NCBI GenBank assembly: GCA_043228905.1
Contig: JBHGNT010000001.1
Span: forward strand, 36,394,001 to 36,458,000
Origin: Azolla caroliniana
Taxonomy: Eukaryota; Plantae; Polypodiophyta
DNA: 64,000 bases
Direction of reading: 5' to 3'
Position numbers and translations under genes: made by a program. The notes under the pieces are model-generated. The model searched no databases. It had not been told where the DNA came from and was given only the letters and a program-made list of their open reading frames with translations. This document shows, piece after piece, positions 39,024-51,670 of the stretch (positions are counted from its first letter, which is position 1; every line of letters starts with the position of its first letter).

Positions 39024-39138
39024 ACAAGCTGCAATGGAGAATAAAAGGATTGAAACAAAAGGCCTGGAATCTTGAAGAAGAAGAAGAAGAAGAAGAAGCT
39101 TGTTTTGATAATGAACAAAATGCTGTTGGCTTAGGAAT

Positions 39139-39313
39139 TCCAAAGAGCACCTTTTCCAAATCAAACATAAGAATCTCTTTATTTTATTGCCTTCCAAATG
39201 CATCATGATAAAGAGGAACAAAAAGGTCCAAAGAACACCTCTTCCAAATCAAGCATAAGAATCTCTTTATTTTATAGCCTTCGAAATGCGCCATAATAAA
39301 GAGGAGCAAAAGG
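39139..39313. repeat. Approx. 87-bp diverged tandem duplication upstream of the protease
   Basis: CCAAAGA(G/A)CACCT...TAAGAATCTCTTTATTTTAT...AAAGAGGA occurs twice. Confidence 0.85.
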
Positions 39314-40557
39314 AGTGCCTCTTCATTAAAAAGTCTATTCCTCAATATCTTAAATCCTAAAACCTTTTTATTTCTTAATTTCCTATTTGTAAAGACACTT
39401 ACAGTTAGCCAATCATCAAAGCCACTTACAGTTTAATCTACCTCACTCATTTTTAAGTCCAATCTGACTCCAGCTACATTTTAAATTATCTACCTGGTTG
39501 ACAGTCATCACAAACATAAGGATCCCAATCAGAACTGAATTCACTTCAGGTTTCATCAATTGCTCTTTGGTATTTACAATTAATACTCAGGTTAGTTTCA
39601 CACCTAGAATTCATATGCTTCCATGTTAAGTTATTCATGACTATTCATGGAGTTCTTCACAAACTAGAACACTTGGTCGAATCCCTACTCAGCTGATGAG
39701 TTGTGCAAACAAGGTCTACCATTAGCCTCACAACTCTTCATACAACGGCAACGTCAATGTCACTACATGCAGATGCAATCCCATCAAAACCCCTTATAAA
39801 CAGTTGTATTATACACATAATAAGAAAACCACAATTGTTTTATGATGTGAAGATTTAAACTATTTTCTCACTAGGACAATCATTGTTAATGAGTAATTGA
39901 TAAGAAGGGTACACAAATAGTAAAGAGATATTGATATTAATCTTTCCTCATTTTTATTGTAAAACTGCACAAAGTAATCAACCACAATGTTCCTTCAAGA
40001 ATATGACACATAAATAGCTCCTGAGAGAATCATGTGTATATATAATACATGACTCAAAAGTCCTCTATGGCACCAAAAGAATTGTTTTCACATAGAACCT
40101 GTAGAATTGACAAACATTCTCAAAGCTCAACAATTTTACAACGGAGAGAGTTACCACAAACACACCCCTAGATATATGTTACTTCTCATTTCACTATAAC
40201 AATGCAAAAACTAGTTGATCTTGATGTTCCTAAGAAAATGGGACAGCTAAGATATATATTATTACTTTCCTGGAAGATCTAATATGACCACAGAATCAAA
40301 ACAATGTTTTTTGCATATTGTGTGTGGAGCTGTTAATAAACTCTCAATGCTCAAGAATTTGTAAAGAATATTATAAATATGCATTACAATTGATATACAT
40401 AGATAAGAGACCTATTAGCATGCCATACAGGTTCTCCTCAGAGGCTCAATATCACAGGGGGAGAGACATATAACAGAAACAAGATACAGAGGAAAATGTC
40501 ATATAGAGGCATGCAACAAAGATGATAAGGTTGAATTACCAATGTACAAGGAGAGCA

Positions 40558-41674
40558 TTAGCATTGGTGGGTGACACACTTGTCAATGTGGAATCGGGTC
40601 TCCTCAAATCGGATGCAAGTACAAGCATCATGAGTGGTAGTGACACGGGTGCGAAACATGACACTGTGGGAAGCATCATAAGAGGATCGTTCAGAAACCA
40701 GGGTGTCACCACGCACAAGGGGCCGCTTAATGGATGGTGGAGGAAGACCAATGAAGCTAGTTCCAGAGACACCAGAACCTGGCACAGATGGAACTGAGGG
40801 CTTCCACTTGGGTCCTAATGGTTTCTTGTCTGGATCTGTAATGCCCCCCTTAATAGGAGGAAGTTCAGATGCTGGGTTTTCTCCCTTACTTAGGGGGCAT
40901 TGGCTTGATGAGTTGTCATGAGCACCATTAGATAGGGGTTCTTCACATACCGCTTTTCTCTTTATCTTCGTCTTCTCACAAACAACATCACCATGGGTAT
41001 TACCATCATCGTTACCAGCATTGCAAGTCTTCAGTTCCTTATTATTTTTCTTATTCTCTTTCTGCTTTGCATCCTCGTCCTTATTTTCCATAGCTGTCCG
41101 GTCTCTACAGCCCTCTTCTTCTTCATTTTTTTCTTCTTCCTTTGCATTATCCTTCTTGCTCTGGATAATTTGCAATGGTATATGAACCTCCAAGACCTCT
41201 GACATAGGTTTCCTTTGCTTTGCTTTTCTCAATACCTCTTCTTCATCCATCTCTTCTCCACTCACAATCACCACCATTTGATCCTTCCCTACCATAACTT
41301 CCTTAACTCCTGCTTCCATGTAAACCTCTTCTCTCAGTAAAACCCTAACCCGCATATACAAACATAGTAAACCCTAATGTGTAGGCAACGTACATTAAGT
41401 CCTGCTATTTTTAATGTTTATTTTACCTGCAACTCGCTTCAAATCTTTGCAAATACGAGATCTGCAACCTTCACAGCATCGGAGATCGACCTTGAGCGAG
41501 ATCTTCTGAAAAGAGGTATAAGAAGAAAAGGAAACGAGTTAGGGTTTGTTTTCACCACACACACAAGAAATATATAGATGAAACATTCTTCGTTATTTAT
41601 CCCTGCATCCAAATTAGGGTTCTCACCATGGCTTCACGTACAACTTCTTCTTCGTCTTTCTGAAGCTCCACCAT
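40558..41674 (-). CDS. Heavy-metal-associated (HMA) domain protein, HPP type; exons 41674-41627, 41505-41427, 41309-40558
   Basis: MVELQKDEEEVVREAM|KISLKVDLRCCEGCRSRICKDLKRVA|GVKEVMVGKDQMVVIVSG gives an HMA fold with CxxC; canonical splice sites with consistent phases; no terminal CaaX. Confidence 0.88.
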
Positions 41675-41699
41675 TTCTCTGTTAATAGGATCTTCTTTT

Positions 41700-42520
41700 C
41701 GGAAATGTCACTTACTACAGTGGAATGATTTTTGGAAATACCAATAGTACCCTTGGTAATTTTCAGAAATATCAAAACTACCCTTCCAGGTTTAAACTTT
41801 ATCTTCTTCTTCTTCTACTATTCGGAAATGTCACAACTACGCTTAGTGGTTTTTGGAAATATCAAAACCAGCTTTGTCCCGAAATATCAATACCGCCCTT
41901 AGTGCACTTTTAGAAAAATTTGATGATGCAAACCCTTGGTGGTTCGTGATTTTGGAAATATTAACATTGCCCTTGCTTGGTTTTGGAAATCTCAATCGTA
42001 GCCTCGCAAGATTCCATAAAGGAATCCAAAAGGTATTTGCAAAGTTGAATGGAGGAATAATCATGACAATCACGATTGGCAAATCTTTCGAGGATCTAAA
42101 GATTTTCTTCGGCAATATGGATAAATAACTAAGAAGAGACTCTAGGTTCATTTGTAAACATATCCATGTTTTACATTTTCCAAATGGTGAGAAGTTAGAA
42201 CCCTAAGACCTTCTCTTAATAGTTGGTTTAGGGTACCTTTGTCACCTCATGGTGTAGCATGTAGTAACTAGTTCTTATTTGGAAAGTTGCAACTTCCTAA
42301 CATGTATCGTCCCTACTCAAACCAAAAATTTGGCTCACTCTACCCTTGTTGGTTTTTGGAAATTTCAAGAGTATACGATGATTTCTAGGAATTTAGCTCA
42401 GTAGCTTTTAGACATATCAATACTAGTCTTGGTGGTTTCTCAAAATTTCACTTCGTGGCTTTTAGATATATCAATATGACCCTTGGTGGTTTCGAGAAAT
42501 ATGAATACTACTATTGGGGC
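41700..42520. repeat. Degenerate approx. 30-bp motif repeats (ACCCTTGGTGGTTTTGGAAATATCAA) upstream of the HMA gene
   Basis: Variants cluster at 41700-42000 and 42340-42510. Confidence 0.55.
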
Positions 42521-43707
42521 AAAAATAATCTAGAACCATTAAGCATTTCTTAGATATTTTATTTTTAACAATTAAAAACTAGATTCCTCACTACTACATT
42601 GCCGATCAAAGCTTGATTAAGTACCTGAATCCAAGTAAGATCATATACACTTCAATCATGTGGCATGATTACTTAATAAGAGTACTAGATTGCCCAACAA
42701 ATTAGTCTATGAAGAACGGTTGGAAAGCCCAGATGCTCCCTTGCAAGCTCGCAAATAAACCCTAGTGCTTGTTTTTATGGGCAAAGATTATACAAAACAC
42801 ACATTATGAAAATGACACAATGTTTGAGAGCGGCCAAATTTTATAGTTTTTCTTTATTTCACCAATTCCCATAAACTCCACATAAAGAAAATATGTGCAT
42901 TGTGTGTGTGTGGTAGCAAGTGGTAGCAATAGGTTCTTACATTTGAAGACCAGCACAGGTTTCTAAAACCCAAGTCCTACTTCAAGGCTAATAAGTGTTT
43001 TATTTGTCAAGCAAAAGGTTCCCCCTTGCCTACTCCCTCAGTCATAGAGGGAGAAACAATGATTCAATATGAGGCAAAGTTCTCAACTTTATTGAAAGAA
43101 AAAGAAATTATACCATATAGACTCTATCTAGGGTCACTTTATTGATTGTTATCTGTACACAAACTCTGCTACAATGTACATAAAAATTTGAACAATGCGT
43201 GCAAAATTTATCAATATACCACTTTACATTCTCTCTCTCTCTCTCTCCACACTAAATCGAACATCAACTTACCCACATTTATTCCCTACATCAGTGGTAA
43301 GGACATTGCTGCCAAAAAGTTGTCTTTGTTTGATTTCTTCTTTTAGTGGCAATATTCAAATCATCATGCCACCAGAAGTAATAAAATAGCATTTCATTTT
43401 CAAAAAACAGATTTATGTCAACATTTTGTGATCTTGATGATAGAAAGTGGGTTCACACACGAAGGATTTCCCCATTATTACTGGAAAAAGTCAAATTTCA
43501 AATGTTGCTCAGGACGTCTGTCCATTCATAACTAAACTAACAATTGAGGATCAAAATGCTGTTCATTAAATCATTCTCCATAACAAAAGTGAGAAAGAGA
43601 ACAGTTAAATCTCAAACATGGTTGAGAGCAATTAGGATTTTCATAGAGATGGCTCACATACAATACATGTATTCCTCACTTTATGCCAAGTTAATAAGAA
43701 ATTGTAA

Positions 43708-46700
43708 TCAATGATGGCTATGACCATGACTATGATCATGATGACAATGACTATGATCATGATGGCTATGACCATGACTATGATCATGATGACAATGACT
43801 ATGATCATGATGGCTATGACCATGATCATGATGGCTATGACCATGATCATGATGGCTATGACCATGACTATGATCATGATGGCAATGACTATGATCATGA
43901 TCATGATAATGACCATGGTCATGGTGGTGGTCATGCTCATGATCATATGGTCTAGGAAATAGTAGCTTCAATCGGAATGCATCAACACCATTCAAGTAAT
44001 ATTTGTGAAGTCTCTTGGCACGAGTAAATCCAAGATTTCCATACAAGGCAAGGGCGCCCTTGTTTGTCACTTCAGCCTCCAATGTCACCTGCAGGCTCAA
44101 ATTGAAATTTATGAGTGGGTGTTAACCTTTATAAAGGAGAAACCTATCCAAACACAAAGAATATATACCTCTTCACAACCTGATTCATGCATAACTTGTA
44201 TCGCTCTCGTTACAAGTTCAGTTGCTGCATCCAGCATGTCACTTGAGTGAGATTTTAATGAGTTTTCTTATACCACTAAATTCAATGATGAATTTAAACA
44301 TACTAGAATCTCATACCTCTCAGTACAGGTGAAATAGGAAAGCAAAGAAACAAATGCACAAAAAACTCAAATGTTTTTCAATTTAAATAATCAAGAACAA
44401 AATTTCTAGTAATGAGTATTGGCTCTTTACGTTCTAACCTCATTGTCTCTTGCGGCAATCGGCTACATTTAGTGTCCCTTCTTCCCACAAAAAATACATT
44501 CAATATCAGATCAAGATTTTGGCATAGTCTGTCTTATATTAATGGTATCTTTTTCGCCGCACAAGCAATTAAGAACTTCATCCCTAAAAGCCACAGGAAC
44601 CAAGTATAAATTTTCTAATATGATAGAATTGTGAACGCAAGATTAGGGCATGGCCCATCTCACACGACATCTTTTCCCCATGTATTCTTAGCAAGACAAT
44701 GATGTCTCCACCTCACAAAAAATTAAGGACTTACTCTCGAAAACCAGGCAGAAACAAATACAACTTCTCTATTATGATAGAATCATAAAAGCTTTGCACT
44801 GACAAAAGGTTGGAATGATGCATACTTGCAAGTTCCCCAAACCTCCAAGATCCTCAATTTGTACATGGTAGATCTCTCATCATCAATGAGTAATCATTCA
44901 GTAATAGATATTACTACAACGATTAGGGGATACGAGAAATGGAAAATTACGGTGGAAAAAGTGGGAAATCGGGCATTGTTCTGTTAAAAAGCCCATTCAT
45001 CTTTCAGATCATGGTGTTCAATAGGGAATCATCTGTACATCATAGAATCCCATGATCATAGCTCGGCTTAACAAGCAAGAATCTCCAAAAAAACACTGCT
45101 CTCATTTGCAAAAACAGGAGGCAATCAGACTAGAGAAAACCAAAAGAGAAGTCTTTCATTCCAGAACATTTAGTGCCACTGCTTATATTGCAACAATCTT
45201 GAAATCTGACATCACATCAACAACCATTAGAAGTGTCTGCACTTGCCACAACCACAACTACAATACGTTTACCTCATTTAGTTCACAAACCACAACTAGA
45301 TTATGCTTCACCTCATTTAGTTCTCCTATAAAACTGAAAACTGTCTCAATGACATGAACTACCTACAGAAAAGCGCAAGCTAATGTGGAAGTTCAAAGAA
45401 ATGAAGCAACATAACAGATGCGAAGAAAAACACCCATGGCAAGAATGAACCATGGAAATTAACATGGGAATGGTGAGTATGGATGTTGTCAGTTGGTAAC
45501 CTTAGTCAATGGAGGGCAGAAGGTTGTGTGTTATAACCCCCGTTAAGTTCCACATAGTCATCTAGTAAAGCTAGTGCAGTCTGTAAGAATTTAACCCATG
45601 TGGATGGGTTAATACAAACATAGCTTACAACCAGGATACAGTTCATTATACGAAAAAATAATAAGATTATAAAGAGTTAGGGAAACTTAAGTTGAATGCT
45701 TAGTAAAATCATAACAAAAGATTACCTATTCCTCTTCCTCGAAATGGTTTTACAACGACTAGCATCGCAATATATCCTCTGAATGTGTTTCTATGTTGAC
45801 CCATTTTACACACAATGGTTCCAACACAAGTGTCTTCATGGAAAGCCTGAGATATAAAGTAATAAATCAAAGAAACAAACCACCACCTTCCTTGGGAAGT
45901 TGCTAAAAATAACCTCAGTTATATCATTATTATTATTTATAACTTATTTCCCACATAAAAAACAGGTACTAAGTTTCTCTTTAGATCAATTTTATTATTT
46001 ACCAAAATGATCCATCTTTCTGGCATCTAATGTAATAATTCTAACACTGTATGTTTAACACAAAGGAAAGGCTGATCAAGCACGTTTTAATTTTGTTTGC
46101 AGCAGTGCCAAACTCATCTCTTTATTGCTTAGGTTTTTTATGTCACAAATCTCATGAAAGAAGAAGGTTTTTCTAAATCATTCTCCTTCGGTATTGTGAT
46201 CAAAGCAACCATTTGAAACGTTTGTTACATGTTTTCTATACCCAATCAATTGAATCGAAACCCCACAAATTACTAATTCTTCCATGAATACATCGATTTA
46301 TTTTGTAACAAGGAAAAAATCTCTTCTAATTCTTCCATGAATACATCAATTGATTTAGTAACAAAGAAAAAACCTCTCCTAATACTTCCATGAATACATC
46401 AATTGATTTAGTAACAAGGAAAAAAATTGTCCAAAACACTCCCAAGTTTTCCTTCACGTACCTGACTGACCCTAAGTTTTCCTTGATTTTACCCAAATGC
46501 ACTGGAGATTTTCCTTTATTTCTTGAAATGAAATCACCACCCAGGGGAAGGTATCGAAAAATGTTAACTAGCTTAGATTGCAAAGTGTTATGGATCTCGT
46601 GAATTCAGAGTGACAAGCATAGGGTGAAGTGAGGATCTGTAGAATGTGCTCAGAAAGGCCAAATGGTTCGAAGGAGAAAGGACCTTTTGTTGAGACGGAT

Positions 46701-47240
46701 GAAACTAGCCAAAAATTCTCATTTCACATGAAATCAGCGACAATATAGATGGTTCTGGATGATGCCCTTGAACACCCTCGTCTCTAGCAATTGTATGTAC
46801 TATTTTAAGAGTGCATGTTCCTTATACAAATCCAAGTGAATCAAAACTCCCTGATACTAGTACTTCCATACATACATATGTTGATTTGGTGAAAAGGAAA
46901 AGGAAAAAATCCTCGAGGTACCCCAAAGTTTTTCTTCCCCCAAATGCCTCTTGAGTTCTCAATTGTTTCGCTGATTGACGTACCATTAAGAAATGTATAT
47001 ACGAGAGAAAGAAAGAAAAAAGAGGAGAAAAGTCACGGACGTGCATACCATGAAGCAGAGTTGTGGCCAGATGGTGATGAAGTAACGGTAAGTGAAGATA
47101 GAGTAAGGCTCACTGAGTTCATCGTCAACGAGTGCCATGATCGACGGCAGCTGTTCTTCTCCTTCATAGCTCACGTAACGAACGGCGGTCTGCGTCTTTC
47201 CAGTGATCTCCTCTACTGCTGCGACTGCTGCATCCACCAT
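43708..47240 (-). CDS. MAK3: N-terminal acetyltransferase C catalytic subunit; exons 47240-47049, 45846-45726, 44224-44169, 44088-43708
   Basis: [53 protein letters not shown] and [44 protein letters not shown]; His-rich tail. Confidence 0.96.
43711..43944 (-). repeat. Coding His-rich tandem repeat (HHDHSH(C/G) units)
   Basis: 78 codons after FPRPY, 44 of them His; near-perfect DNA repeats of 21-48 bp. Confidence 0.95.
46272..46425. repeat. Approx. 54-bp tandem repeat x3 in MAK3 intron 1
   Basis: CTTCCATGAATACATC...GTAACAA occurs three times; a diverged copy lies near 46860. Confidence 0.8.
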
Positions 47241-48559
47241 GTTTTTACACTGCTACAAAATGAAGAAGAAGGAAGACGAGGAAGGAAGAAGAAAAAGACC
47301 CCAATTACCACACACCTCTCGGGGGCAGCCAAATATAAAATACTAAAAGTTTCCGAGGGCATTTCCGGTAAATACAAAAAAGCTTCTTCACGGCACTCCT
47401 ACTTGCACTAACAATGTTATTATTAACATACATACATGTATCTCAAGAATGATATTTCTTCAAGATGTCCGCTTTTCCATCACATTGCTCGTCACCCCCT
47501 TGCTCTTCGACTCCGTCCACCATAACTGTAATATACGCCCAGAAAATGCTCAAACAAAAAATAATCAATCTTTTGTATGCATGCTCGCGATCCTAAGATG
47601 ATATTATTTAATCTTCATAGTGAATCGGGTCTGAAAGAATGTAAGTTTTACAATAGACACACGCATCACACACATGTATGTGTATGTACGAATATATGTA
47701 TGTTTCTATCGATGCTTGTGATTCTTGTATGATGTTATGAACATTCGTTTTTGGTGTTCCTCTCTCTTCGTGATATTGCTCATCACACCTCATTCTGATT
47801 TGTTTCGTGACGTATGGCAAAAGAACTAAAAAATGAGAAGATAATATTCTAAAAATGTGTGCGTGCACGAACACACATTGTGTATGTATTTGTATACAGT
47901 ATCATGTGCATTTGCTTTTGTGTTCCTCTCTTCCATGAGATTGCTTGTCACAGCCTTGCACTTGGACTTGCTCCAGCATGTCACGGTGAAAGACCTCAAG
48001 GAAATTTGGTCTTCCGATTCTTGCATGATATCATGAGCATTCGGTTTTGTGTTCATCTTTCTCTGTATTATTGGCAACATTAATGAATTGCAAGCATGCC
48101 TACAAGTTTATGTTTCTTAAAAATATTTGACCCTTATTCACAAACTTAGTTTTTGAATGTATCAAGAAAAACCTTACTAACAATCTTTCTTTATTCCCAT
48201 AATTGTCCATAGGGTTTTCTTCTTGTTCTCGAGCAATTGCATTTGTTTATTTCAATAATTATGTGGTAGCTCATCTTCGTTTCCCATAATGATTTGTTTT
48301 CTTAGGGCAATAATAAATCATCCCCATTTTCTCTTCATATGGTTGATCAATGGCATTTGGGGAAACAATGTTTTTTTTATTATGTTTCCCAAAGCCATTC
48401 CTTCATCTCAAAATGGGACATTGGATATCCTTGCCTATGTGATCCACACTCATAACCCATCATGAAAATTGGCGAGATATCAGTGTGATTTAGTCAAGTA
48501 AAATATAATTAGCAAATGACCTAAAGGAGGTGTTGGCGATTTTTTATCAATTTGAAGAA

Positions 48560-49230
48560 AGTGCAGGTAGGGGACTTTCGTAAATTTCCTCAATGCAATC
48601 ACATCCCTTGGTACCCTAGATTTGGGGTTGTCTATCCATGTAAGTATAATAAAATATGGTTATGAATCAAACATTTATGTAGCAAGTGCTTTAGTTGATA
48701 TGTATCCAAACAGTGGTTGCTTGGAGGATTCATGTGTGATGTTCAACAAAATGTTCCATCCCGATACTATAACATGGAACACAATTACTGATGGATTGGT
48801 GTAGCATGGTAATCCCCAAAAAGCATTAAAATGCTTTGAAAAAATGAAACAATAGAATGTGATGGTAGATAACACAACATTCCTCGGTGTTCTTTCAACT
48901 GTAATCATCTTGAACTTGTGGGTGAATGATGGCATCATTTTAGTTCAATGAATTATGTTCATCATATCTCACCAACAATAGAGCATTATGCTTATATGAT
49001 TGATATCCTTGGTACATCGAGACATCTTGAAGCAACAACTAACTTCTTACAAAAGCTTCATGATGAGCCTTCTTTATCATCATGGATGGTTATTTTAAGT
49101 GCTTGCCTACTTCACGAGAATGTTGATGTGGCAAAAGAAGCAATTGAATTTATCATCAAGTTGAAGCCACAAACAAAACTGCGTATGTGTTGTTATCTAA
49201 CATACATGTTGTCGAAGAGGGAAAAAATAA
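48560..49230 (+). pseudogene. Degraded PLS-E PPR remnant
   Basis: ESNIYVASALVDMY, DTITWNTI, PTIEHYAYMIDILG and WMVILSAC, with stops (TAG at 48802 and 48853) and frameshifts. Confidence 0.85.
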
Positions 49231-50074
49231 GAAAAAGCAATGACCTTGATATGGTTCAATGCTTCATGTATATAGGGACTTCTTTGTTGGTTTTTTTCTA
49301 GAGGTTGGACTATTCATCTTGTTGATTTGGAGAATGTTATGGCTTCATTGTACTTTCTTTGCCTATAAAGGGTGGCTAGGTTTTTTTTTCTTACTTATCA
49401 TTACTTAGAAAGATTGGCTAGGGTCGTATGTAATATTGGACTATTTTGTATATTGCCTCTGACCACTTTAATTTAAATACCAATGGAGGATATTTTCTCA
49501 TAAAAGAAATAAAAATAGCAAATGAACCAAAGCCAATATATTGATCTAAAATAATCAAGATTGGGAAACACGGAGATCATATGGCAAGCAAACATTTCCA
49601 ATATCAATGGGTTTGCGACATATCCCAAATATTGACATGGATGTGAAAACAAGGCTGTGGTGTCTTGATAAGATATCGAATGCATGACTAGTTCCGATAA
49701 TTTAATGGCCCAAATTGACCTTATCCCAAATCTAGTCTTGACAGACTCTTTATTATGCCCAAGTAAGTGAAAACTAGTTAATGAAGGAAGCCCCCCCCAA
49801 CTTGAAAACTGGATTGCTACTTATAAGATTGGCAAGAGAACCGAACATGTGACTGGCTCCGGCCATCCGATGTCTCCCATGTTGGCCATATCCCAAATCA
49901 AGCGTTGATCGTATTGTCTTTGTTGTGCCCGAGTGAGAGCACAGTGGCTAATGACAGAAACCCCGCCATCGGAAATCGGGTCGGTACTTCTTATTATCAG
50001 ATAAGGTCCCCACAAAACCCTGTTAGAGATCCTTCGTAGGGATGGTAATGGTAATGGTATTTCTGTAGTATGGT

Positions 50075-51670
50075 ATGCCTCCATTTCTGTCACTGATAAC
50101 AAACAAAGCATTTTCTTCATTTATCTCTATCATATGCATTAGTGTTAACAACCTTAAATCACCCACACTCGCGCTCGCGCACGCACAAATACGGTATCAG
50201 ACAGAAGAAGAAGAACACGATGATTACAAGGTAATCTGACACGTCCAGAGATTACAGTGAATCTGATGGTATACTCATTGTTGATCATGGGTCTAGAAGA
50301 GCCGAATCCAACTCTCTGCTAAGTAAGTGTCATTCTTTTCTCATTTCTTCCTCTTCCTCTTCCTCTTCTCCAGTCTCCTTTTCTTTTTCTTTGTTGTTGA
50401 TTTAGATATATGTATACTCTCTATGTGATGACCTTGTAGATGAATTTGTTGATATGTTTAAGGAGAAAACTGGTCATTTGAATGTGAAACCAGCTCACAT
50501 GGTGAAAAATTCTTCTCTCTCTCTCTCTCTCATCACATTTCATCCTTTCTTGTCTTCTTCGGTTAAGATCAAATGCCTCATAATTCATCATTCTAATTTA
50601 TTAACTTTTCGGGTGTATGTTTTCTCTTAGTAATTCATTGCTCTAATTCCTCAGTCTTTTTGGGCAGAGGTGTTTTGCTTAATAGTTCATCAGTCAAATG
50701 TCTTGACTTTTTTGGCCGAAGTTCATTAATTTCTTAGTGTTTTTGGTTGATACTTAATTGCGTTATTTTCTTAGTCGTAATTCTTGTATTTATGGTTTTT
50801 TTTGAATTTTTTTCTCAATAAATGCATTTTGATTCACTGTTTTTGGGTCAATTATTTCTTAGCCTATTCATTTTTGGGGATTCTTTAGCAGCTATTATTC
50901 TTGTTTCTGTAGGGTTGAGCACCATTTTTCTAAGTAAGCTTATTGCTGCTCTTTGTTTTTGGATCAAGTTTCTTTTGCTTACTAGTCTGTGGCCGGCCTT
51001 CAAATGAATAAATTAACACTTAACAATCTGTGTTTCTCATTCCACATGCAGCCCTGAAAAGTAGGCTGATTGTATTTGGAAGCGGCAACTTCACAAAATT
51101 TTCTCTTTTTAAAGAAAAAGTAACTTCAAAATTTCTTGCTTTTTGGAAGAGCTATCTCCTGTAAACTCATTGCTGTTTCTCGTTTTTGGATTTAGGTTTC
51201 TTGGGTTCTTCATTTGTGATTAATGTTATGTTTTTTTGTAGGACTTTGCACAACCAAATATTAAGGAGGCATTCGATAAGTGTATTGGCAAAGGGGCCAC
51301 AAGAGTCATCATCTCCCCCTATTTCCTTTCTCCTGGTATACATTGGGATAGGGTATGTATAAAGGTCAATATATACACACACTAGAAAATAGTCGTAATA
51401 TATTTCTTGAATATTTTTTCCTTAGCATTAGACATTGTGGTAAGTTATTGAGTATTGAGTTTATGAATGCCAACAACCCCACACACATGAACAATAAGAT
51501 GAGATACATTCAATTCTATGTGAGGCAATCATTTAGGTTAACTGATTCTTGTACAAGAAAGAACCTTATGGTTAAGCCTTTAACTACATCCACTGAGTTG
51601 TATGTGTATCCTGCAGCAAGGAGCACATGAGGGATACTTTACTTTATAGTAAATCCTTGCCATTGTCACA
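50075..51670 (+). pseudogene. SIRB: Sirohydrochlorin ferrochelatase (SirB/CbiX family), probably disrupted; clear exons ending 50322, 50440-50501, 51242-51352
   Basis: DGILIVDHGSRRAESNSLL|NEFVDMFKEKTGHLNVKPAHM|DFAQPNIKEAFDKCIGKGATRVIISPYFLSPGIHWDR. In-frame TAA at 50232 (or a frameshift from the ATG at 50075); only a degraded next exon (GILYFIVNP, about 51620-51670). Confidence 0.8.

Noticed and set aside
43641-43962. Met/Ile/Thr-rich ORFs (43641-43946 minus, 43711-43962 plus)
   Set aside because: Alternative frames of the His repeat in MAK3.
45004-45060. Possible intronic box C/D snoRNA or hairpin in a MAK3 intron
   Set aside because: The C box is imperfect, the C-to-D span is only about 45 nt, and I recognised no guide sequence.
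45590-45612. Hairpin TTAACCCAT-GTGG-ATGGGTTAA as a Helitron 3' end
   Set aside because: Spacing to a CTRR terminus is unconvincing and no matching 5' end was found.
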